Positions 54,955 through 64,000 of a DNA stretch of 64,000 nucleotides are shown piece after piece (the stretch's first letter is position 1; each line of letters starts with the position of its first letter). The stretch is from Octopus vulgaris. Its lineage: Eukaryota. A program made the position numbers and the translations under genes. The DNA lies in NCBI GenBank assembly GCA_951406725.2, contig OX597838.1, forward strand, positions 18,104,001 to 18,168,000. Reading direction: 5' to 3'. The notes beneath the pieces were generated by a model that did not search any database, was not told where the DNA came from, and saw only the letters and a list, made by a program, of their open reading frames with translations.

Positions 54955-55051
54955 AATATAAGAGAGTGGTCACTATATTGCTCACTCTAGCACCAGTTGT
55001 GTTGAATAAATATACTATTAAATTAGTATCTAATTCTCTCACCCTTATTAA

Positions 55052-55118
<67 letters not shown>

Positions 55119-55288
55119 TACGACAGGCTTCTTTCAGTTTCCGTCTACCAAATCCACTCACAAGGCTTTGGTCGGCCCGAGGCTATAGCTGAAGAAGACA
55201 CTTGCCCAAGATGCCACGCAGTGGGACTGAATCCGGAACCATGTGGTCGGTTAGTAAGCTACTTACCACACAGCCACTCCTGCGCCTA
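54600..55288 (-). mobile_element. SINE family 1 with a ~105-bp insert in its (TA)n
   Basis: Family consensus match; insert at ~54951-55057. Confidence 0.85.
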
Positions 55289-55469
55289 TACATATACATT
55301 TACAGTTACACGTATATGCATATGTACATAGAACATAAATACAAATACACATTCATATACATATTTGTAAAAAAATACTACACATATGAACGCAGTAAGC
55401 ACACGGCCACACATACGGATTGTATTATTCGCAAATGCGTATATAGTGTTTCCACATATATAATAATAT

Positions 55470-55862
55470 AAGCGCAGGGGGTGTGGTAACAAGTTTGCTT
55501 ACCAACCACATGACACCTGGTTCAGTTCCACTGTGTGGCATCTTGGGCAAGTGTCTTCTACTATAGCTTCGGGCCGACCAAAGCCTTGTGACTGGACTTG
55601 GCAGACGGAAACTGAAAGAAGCCCGTCGTATATATGTATATATATATATGTGTATATTTGTGTGTTGTGTTTGCCCCCCCTCCCCCAACACCGCTTGACA
55701 ACCGATGCTGGTGTGTTTACGTCCCCGTAACTTAGCGGTTCGGCAAAAGAGACTGATAGAATAAGTACTAGGCTTACAAAGTATAAGTCCTGGGGTCGAT
55801 TTGCTCGACTAAAGGCGGTGTCCCAGCATGGCCACAGTAAAATGACTGAAACAAGTAAAATG
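55470..55862 (+). mobile_element. SINE family 1
   Basis: Family consensus match. Confidence 0.85.
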
Positions 55863-55951
55863 AATAAATGAACATCTCTCTTTATTGAATTGTTTAATAG
55901 AGGATTTTCTCTAAATTATATGCATATATATATGTATATATATATATATAA

Positions 55952-55996
55952 AATGAGATAGGGGTTGAAAATTCAACCCACCATGGGATTTTTGTA

Positions 55997-56036
<40 letters not shown>

Positions 56037-56077
56037 AGATAGGGGTTGAAAATTCAACCCACCATGGGATTTTTGTA

Positions 56078-56114
<37 letters not shown>

Positions 56115-56160
56115 GAGATAGGGGTTGAAAATTCAACCCACCATGGGATTTTTGTAGTAT
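55952..56160. repeat. Three copies of a ~48-bp unit separated by (TA)n
   Basis: aatgagataggggttgaaaattcaacccaccatgggatttttgtagta x3, each with the hairpin GGGTTGAA-AA-TTCAACCC. Confidence 0.9.
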
Positions 56161-56390
56161 ATATATATATATACGTTTAAATATTTGTTGTGCAAGATTT
56201 TTTATGTGTGTTTTTATTGGCTAAACTGGCAATATGACCATTCCGAAATATAACAATATATATATATATATATATATGGCCTGCTCGCTTAGCCAGCGGG
56301 GTGGCGTCATTTGAAGGCTAAAAAACAATGCGAAGCGCATTGTGACCAGCGATGTGTAGCAACAGCTGATAGCCTGGTCGGTCACGGTGA

Positions 56391-56431
<41 letters not shown>

Positions 56432-57475
56432 GGGCTTCTTTCAGTTTCCTTCAACCACTTTCAGTTTCCGCCAACCAAATCCACTCACAAGGCTTTGGTC
56501 GGCCCGAGGCTACAGTAGAAGACATTTGCCCAAGGTGCCACGCAGCGGGACTGAATTCGGAACCATGTGGTCGGGAAGCAAGCTTCTTACCACACAGCCA
56601 CTCCTGCGCCATGTCTTAAATTCGAAGGTTTGAGCTGATCGTAGTACCTAATGAATAATTTATTCCTTGGGTTTAGACAAATTCTTGGAAGAAATAATTT
56701 GTTACCAATTCTTCTGAAGCTTTTTCCTTGAAAGACAAAATATTTTAAACGGAAAGTCATTCCTTTTGTCAAGACATTCTCATCGATATTTCTTTGATTT
56801 TCGCTCAATACCCGCTATCTCTCAATATTGATCTTCATCATTTGCCTCCCTCTGAAAATTTACTCTTTAGTTTCTTTAGTTTCTTTAGTTTCTTCTTCTT
56901 CTTCTTCTTCTTCTTCCTTCTTCCTTCTTCTTCCTTCTTCTTCTTCTTCCTTCTTCCTTCTTCTTCCTTCTTCTTCTTCTTCTTCTTCTTCTTCTTCTTC
57001 TTCTTCTTCTTCTTCTTCTTCTTCTCCTCCTCCTCCTCCTCCTCCTCTTCCTCGCTCTATCTTTTTCTTATCTCTCTCTCTTTCTTCCTCTCTCTTTGTC
57101 TCTCTCTTTTTCCCACTCTCTCTTTTGTAGCTCTTCACTTAAACACACCTCCCTCTACCGTGAGTGAACAGCCTGATACATTTTCACCATCGTCTTTGTT
57201 CTCTTTTCCTCTCCCCACGCCTCTCTCTCTCTCAACTTCCTCTCAGATTCATTCGTTATATTTCCATCGAATATAGTTTTTTTTTATACCTAAACTAGCG
57301 TATCCTATTATTATGCTCTTTGTATGTATTACTCATAACAAGTTCCAGTCTTTGTTGCAGTGTGGTGGTTTGTGTACCCCAATGACCCTGACAGCTATGT
57401 CAGCGGAGCGCGAGCACCTTGTAGGGCCGCCCATACTGGACAGCTGAAAGAACAGAGGCCGGATTAATCTGCGCC

Positions 57476-57974
57476 ATCATCATCATCATTGTTCGACCGT
57501 GGTCGAGACAATGGAATTTACCATGCTACGCCAGACTTCCCGGTCCATCATAGCATTACGGAGGTCCTGTTGCTGGATGCCTGTATCCCTGGAGATTACA
57601 TCAGGGTAGGAGAGTGTGCGCCCTCTGGTATTGCGAGTAGATGGCTTCTAGAGGAGAAGAGTAGAAATTGCCTCGTTTTCAGCTCTACAACAATGTCCAG
57701 CAAACTGGACTCTCCTACCTTTCACAAGAGATGACACAGGTGGTAGTTTCCCATATATTTGCATTTTGGTTGGATGGCACTTCCACGAGAGATTTTGAGC
57801 TCTCATAAGGAGGCGAGTGTAGGTTCCATCCAACTGCCTCTCAAAGAGTGTGCGCCCTCTGGTATTGCGAGTAGATGGCTTCCAGAGGAGAAGAGTAGAA
57901 ATTGCCTCGTTTTCAGCTCTACAACAATGTCCAGCAAACTGGACTCTCCTACCTTTCACAAGAGATGACACAGG
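57476..57974 (-). mobile_element. RTE-clade LINE 3' end with internal duplication (offset 234) and (TGA)n tail
   Basis: RRVQFAGHCCRAENEAISTLLLWKPS...SYPDVISRDTG...AMMDREVWRSMV. 57612-57741 is duplicated at 57846-57974. Confidence 0.85.
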
Positions 57975-58621
57975 CGGCGATCTGGCAGAAACGTTAGCAC
58001 GCCGGGCGAAATGCTTAGCGGCATTTTGTTCGTCCTTACGTTCTGAGTTCAAATTCCGCCGCGGCCGACTTTGCCTTTCGTCCTTTCGGCTTCGATAAAC
58101 TAAGTACCAGTTGCGTACTGGGGTCGATCTAATCGACTGGCCCTCTCCCCCAAAATTTCAGTCTCTCTGCCTTAGAGTAGAAAAAAGGACATTTTATCAT
58201 TCTCTATTACTCCAAATGTATTTACTGGTTTGTGGAGAATCTTTTCACGCATTGTCATTTCATAATTAATTAACGGGCGTTCAATTCTCGAATGAGTCGT
58301 AAGGGGAAGTTTTGATGCGGCAAAGTCCATTTCACAGCAGGTCTGACCGCCACCAGTTTTCTTCAATAATTATATCGTGTTGTGCGTGTGTATGTGTGTG
58401 TCTTTGTGTGTGAGTGTGTATGTGTGTGTGTGTGTGTGTGTATGTGTGTATGCTTCTGGGCAGTGTATGCAATTATGATACTGCACACACTTAGACAGAC
58501 AAACTCACACACATACAGACACACAAATAATAATTAATCACATCTAATTAGTTGAGTGTTTCATTATCTTTCACTGAAAGATAATGTAATGAATTGTCAA
58601 CGCCATTCGGATTGTCTGTGG

Positions 58622-58654
<33 letters not shown>

Positions 58655-58810
58655 TCTTTCTTCTTTTTCTTTCTTCTTTTAGTTTCTTCTCCTTCTTTTC
58701 TTCTTCTTCTTCTTCTTCTTCTTCTTCTTCTTCTTTTCTTTCTTTCCCCGTGCTTAGCCATCTCCATATCATATCCCTGTTATTCACCAGCGTGCATACA
58801 CATACGTCTT

Positions 58811-58882
58811 TATGTATGTATGTATGTATGTATATATGTATGTATGTACGTATGTATGTATGTATATATGTATGTATGTATG

Positions 58883-58916
<34 letters not shown>

Positions 58917-58954
58917 TATATGTATGTATGTACGTACGTGTGTGCGTATGTATG

Positions 58955-58988
<34 letters not shown>

Positions 58989-59170
58989 TGTATGTATATA
59001 TGTATGTATGTACGTACGTGTGTGCGTATGTATGTATGTATGTATGTATGTATGTATGTATGTATGTACGTACGTGTGTGCCTATATATGTATATATGTA
59101 TGTATGTACGTACGTGTGTGCGTATGTATGTATATATGTATGTATGTACGTACGTGTGTGCGTATGTATG

Positions 59171-59204
<34 letters not shown>

Positions 59205-59437
59205 TGTATGTATGTATGTATGTATGTATGTATGTACGTACGTACGTGTGTGCGTATGTATGTATGTATGTACGTACGTACGTGTGTGCGTATGTATGTA
59301 TGTATGTATGTATGTATGTACGCACGTACGTATGTATGTATGTGTGTATGTATGTACGTACGTACGTATGTATGCGTATGTATGTATGTGTATGTATGTA
59401 TGTATGTCTTTATGTATATATGTACGTATGTACGTAT
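58811..59437. repeat. (TATG)n/(TACG) compound microsatellite
   Basis: Direct inspection. Confidence 0.95.
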
Positions 59438-59705
59438 GGAAGTATCTGTCTCTCTCTTTCTCTCTCTCTATATATATATATATACACACACACACACGCA
59501 CACATACACACACAGATACACACACACAACACACACACACAAACGCACACGCACACACATATATATCTTCCTCTCTGTGTTTATAATTCTATCTTCACTC
59601 AGAATTGTTTATTTGTCTTTCGTTTCTCAAACACCAACTGGTTCTTTTTGTTGTTTTTTCGTTGTTGTTCTCGCCACTTTTTTTTTTCTTCAGACCCACT
59701 TAATA

Positions 59706-59750
<45 letters not shown>

Positions 59751-60234
59751 TTATATAGATAAACACAAATTGCCTATGTGTATGTGTGTATATGTGTGTG
59801 TGTGCCTGCGTATACACACACATACATAAGTAAATATATTTCTCATTTACTCCTTTTTTTTTGTGTTTTTGATGCGTTAGATCAGATAACAAAATGTCGA
59901 GATTTAACCACCAGCTGAACAAAGACCAACTATTGCCAGTTAGCGGTGTAACACTGTTTAGAGTGTTTCAAATCTGAAGTAATAAATTAGAAATGTTTGA
60001 CAAGAGATCGCTTTCTCGTACCTCACTAACAAGAGCTTCTACTGACATTTTCCGTCATCACACCAAACACCTTTTGATTTACTGCTTTATCTCTGAATCG
60101 CTAAGGCGAATATGAGCTGAAAGGTAGCATGACCGCGGGACGAGTTAGTGCACCGACTTGACGAGCATTGTCTGCCATGTTTTCGCTCAGCGTCCGAGCC
60201 TCACAGCGGCGCTTCGATCGATGTGGTGCTATTA

Positions 60235-60752
60235 CCGTAAATCCTCGAGTATAATCCGCATTTTTTCCCCAAAATTTAAAGGTCAAAATCCCTAGTGCGT
60301 ATTATACACGAGGTTAAAAATGAAAATTATTTTCTAAGCAATCTTCAAGTCTCTATTTGCTGTCCGGCAATGTTTATTCAGACGCATTTTGTGATGTCGG
60401 GCGCGAAAATACCTTAAGCTAAGCCCGAAAGCAATGAAGTCATAAAAGAATCATCCATAACTTGCAGTAAGTAACATTTATTAAACGTTATTACTGTTAT
60501 TTCTTTATTTTCTGCAAACAAAATGTATAAAAAAGCTACACGTTTGCATTATGTTATATATATATACAATAATAATAAAGGACGTTACCGTATACAGTTT
60601 TACAAACCAAGGACGTTATATAGACCTCCTTGACTCAAGTTAGAGAAGGGGTGCGTATTATACACAAGGTTTAGGTTTTTCAGAGGTACACCCCCACCTA
60701 AAAATCCCCTGCGTATTATACTCAAGGGCGGACTATACTCGAGGATTTACGG
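60235..60752. mobile_element. Tc1/mariner-superfamily (Tc2/pogo-type) MITE, 518 bp
   Basis: 25-bp TIRs CCGTAAATCCTCGAGTATA(A/G)TCCGC, TA TSD on both sides, and internal subterminal GCGTATTATAC repeats. Confidence 0.9.
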
Positions 60753-61645
60753 TACTCGCAACTGGCACACGGCTTGCTAGCGGTTGTCCGCGCATCGGTG
60801 TTTCCCTGATGCTTGGTCTCCAGGTCTGTGAGTTTCATGAATGACGCCGCGGTTCCACAGGGAATTCTTTCGGTCTCCACGCACTGTCATGACGTCATAG
60901 TGCCGTCCGATTTAAATATCACGGGTAGCAAAGAAATTGGTATATAATTTAATCACACGCGCATTGCACTGTACTTTTGGTTCTGAATGGGATAAACTAT
61001 GTATCTACTGCACAAACTTCCCATCTCAACATATAGAATACATATTTAATAATGTCAGAATGGTTAACAAAGTCCATCTGTTGCCTACTTTTCGTTGAGA
61101 CCCCTCATGTAGAAAAACGATTGATGGTCACATATGGAACGGTTTTGATCACATGTCTACTTAATCAAGAACAACAACGTTTAGAGGACGGCCAGTTGCT
61201 AGAACCGTTAGCACGCCGGGTAAAATGTCTATCAGCCATGCCGCCCTTAACAAGATCATAAAACATGGCCTAGAAGACGCCGCAGACTTCCCTTCCCAGC
61301 TGTTTTGAGAAATATATTATACAGTGGTTTCTGGGATTGTGAGTGACAACGATTGGAATAATTCTATATCAATGCTCTAAGATCATGTGACAGATAGAGG
61401 AACCATTTCTTTGAAAGATTAATCTTACCTCACAAAAGGGTTCTTAGCCTCATTATCCTATCACACAATCTCATCTCATTACAGAAATATCGTACCTGTT
61501 GCGGTTTACACGCTCATCCAGGATTTAAAGGCGCGCGGCATATGTAGCAACTCTTGGGGCGACACTAAGAGACCATATGACTGCCATCTTTTTCTCTCTT
61601 TCATTCAATATCTTTTACTTTTGTTTTCTCTTCTGTCTTTTGTAG

Positions 61646-61725
61646 AACGGACATATCGACACCAAACAGTGATAGATGAAGAACAGGTGCTGTTGGAGAT
61701 ATTGGACACAGCAGGGCCCGCCAAG
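61646..61725 (+). CDS. RERG: RERG-like Ras-family small GTPase, internal coding exon (80 bp; G3 box DTAG)
   Basis: Long polypyrimidine acceptor ttttctcttctgtcttttgtag| and donor AAG|gtatat. Joins the previous exon in phase (G+AA=Glu) and reads ERTYRHQTVIDEEQVLLEILDTAGPAK, against RERG [25 protein letters not shown]. Confidence 0.88.
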
Positions 61726-62910
61726 GTATATATATATCAATTCACCCAACCATGTATACATACATGGATGTATACACATATATACACATATACACACATA
61801 CATGAATACATACAAATTCATACATCATATATTTTACTTTACTACCCACAAGGGGCTAAACATAGAGGGGACAAACAAGGACAGACGGATTAAGTCGATT
61901 ACATCGACCTCAATGCCAAACTGGTACTTTATTTATCGACTCCGAAAGGATGAAAGGCAAAGTCGACCTCGGCGGAATTTGAACTCAGAACGTAAACGCC
62001 TTAATAAAGAATAGGTATTAATTCTGCTCAATGAAAAGGATGTCTGTAAGAGCTTAAAATATTCCTTCGGAGACAGAGATAGCAGGAAGAGTTGATGAAT
62101 ATTATTACCAAGGTTGAACAAAACTCAATTTTTCAGTCCAAGACGATACACTAACAATAAAGAGGAGGATACGCATGGAACTATCTCGTTTGTAGATACA
62201 ATCCTAGAAACCACAATACTTGAGATTCTTCAAAATAATATCCTCCAAACCAACCTTTAAATCTGAGTAAAACTATTAACAAGAAATCCCGAAACTAGTC
62301 CGAGCGTATCACCCAGGCTTGCGAGGAAGGGATGGCCTCCCTTTGCAAATACTTCAAGGGCACTGATATGGTGTCTAAAGCCAGCTAGAGACGACGATCT
62401 CTTGAGGCTATAAAGCTACAGTAACACCCCCTCCCCAATGTGGTTAGCCATGATAAGATGGCTTCTATACTTTACATTATCGAGCGATTACTGTTTCAAT
62501 CTCATTCTGAGATTTAATTATATTAACAAGACTTAGCTATAAAACGGAAGATAAGGAAATCTCCTTGTTGCAGGACGTTTGGTTTTGTTGGATGAGGTCA
62601 AATTTTGAAGTTTAAAACTGGGAAGGCATTTTAAACAAAGAATTTGCGGCACATCATGTACGCAGTGAAATAAAAAAGCCATCGTCTAAACGGGAACAAA
62701 ATGAATGAAAAGAGATAGAAATAAATAAACAGCGAATCGGAGATCCATCTGTAAGGGATACTTGTATGTAATGAGCATACTGGTATTTGTGCAGAGAGAT
62801 TTAGAATACTAAGCGAGTGTCCCTTTTGAAAATCAAAGTTGAAAACGAACAGCTGTCCAAAGTTAACAATAAACAAATAAAAAAATAGATAGATAAATAA
62901 ATAAATAAAT

Positions 62911-63311
62911 AAGCGTAGGAGTGGCTGTGTTGCAAGTAGCTTGCTTACCAACCAGATGGTTCCGGGTTCAGTCCCACTGCGTGGCACCTTGGGCAAGTGT
63001 TTTCAACTATAGCCTCGAGCCGACCAAAGCCTTGTGAGTGGATTTGGTACACGGAAACTGAAAGAAGCCCGTCGTATATATGTATGTATATATATGTGTG
63101 TGTGTTTGGGTGTCTGTGTTTGTCCCCCCAACATCGCTTGACAACCGATGCTGGTGTGTTTACGTTCCCGTAACTTAGCGGTTCGGCAAAAGAGTCCGAT
63201 AGAATAAGTACTAGGCTTACAAAAAAAAAAAGTCCTGGGATCGATTTGCTCGACTAAAGGCGGTGCTCCAGCATGGCCACAGTCACATGACTGAAACAAG
63301 TAAAAGAGTAA
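62911..63311 (+). mobile_element. SINE family 1
   Basis: Family consensus match. Confidence 0.9.
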
Positions 63312-63455
63312 GCTATAAAGATTTTCAATATGAAACTGAACCGGAAATAATATTGATAACCGTTGCCGAATACAGTTTTTTACTATCGGAAGAGCCGATA
63401 TTTTGACGGGCTGGATTTTTATGTTTTGATTGTATGAAAAACGTTATTCCAATGC

Positions 63456-63515
<60 letters not shown>

Positions 63516-64000
63516 GTTCGTAGTAACGAACGGAAGAAAGACTATTGAATGGGAACAGAGATAGAAATAAATAATGATTTATTAGTAACGATAATGATTT
63601 ATTCAGTAACAACGATGTCAGTATCTGACGTTTCTTGCTCGGAGAGACAATCCACTGAATTCAATATCTCCCGAAATAGAGAGTTCGGTATCTGAAGAAT
63701 ATTATGCCGTAGGCAGTCCTCACAATAGTTTATATCACGCTATGGCTGTATTTTGCGGGGACACCATTCATTCCTATTGAAACATTTGAAGATCTTGACA
63801 TATTTGAAAAGAAAAAAAAAACCCTAAAAAATCAATGAAATGAAAAGAAAAAATGTTTCTGGCTGATGTCCAATTCTCTATGATTATATCTTATGCGGTT
63901 GTGATTGTGCATTGTGTGGCAATGTTTATATATGTTTGTGCGTATAAGTACTGTGAATATGTATATGTTCACTACACTCACTGTTGAAAATTCTCCTGGA

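Noticed and set aside
57350-57475. RTE 5' UTR-like fragment with a possible HDV-like ribozyme
   Set aside because: It resembles recalled RTE 5' UTRs, but I could not build the nested double pseudoknot.
58556-59762. Long ORFs of 316-400 aa (and similar ones at 4843-5600, 11682-12703, 35056-35680, 48865-49727, 50315-51214)
   Set aside because: Translations of stop-free microsatellites (YVCM, HT, YI, SL repeats) with no protein signal.
62260-62305. Hammerhead at GAAACTAGTC
   Set aside because: Palindromic stem III and GUC are present, but there is no CUGANGA core or stem II.
62100-62400. Final RERG exon or PLE RT fragment
   Set aside because: No G4/G5 (GNKxD, SA) motifs in an open frame; RT similarity too weak to call.

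Overview
Eukaryotic, AT-rich DNA saturated with microsatellites and retroposons. It is most likely an octopus (coleoid cephalopod) genome; this is inferred from the SINE families and the (TA)n/(CA)n/(TATG)n density, not proven. Nearly all ORFs in the supplied track are microsatellite or SINE artefacts. The only host coding sequence I can support is two small + strand exons of a RERG-like Ras-family GTPase: 42017-42073 ([19 protein letters not shown]) and 61646-61725 (ERTYRHQTVIDEEQVLLEILDTAGPAK), joined in phase across a 19.6-kb intron. The G1/P-loop exon and the last exon were not found, so most of the window is probably intron. It holds about 40 copies or fragments of four tRNA-derived SINE families, RTE and L1/Tx1-like LINE 3' ends, Tc1/mariner, pogo and 8-bp-TSD MITEs, Helitron-like ends, minisatellites and two decayed Penelope-like element (PLE) ORFs. 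The strongest unexplained signal is at least 8 type-I hammerhead ribozyme (HHR) motifs, intact to decayed, from several unrelated non-coding elements. Most have self-complementary stem III, and several have a non-Watson-Crick 10.1-11.1 pair. They lie in PLE-type palindromes, in a 496-bp partial tandem repeat (retrozyme/pLTR-like) and in a tRNA-headed inverted element with a 13-bp TSD. Also notable: switch I/II substitutions in the GTPase (T35S- and Q61P-equivalent) and three non-coding minus-strand exon candidates. No database search or folding program was run; family names come from recalled motifs.
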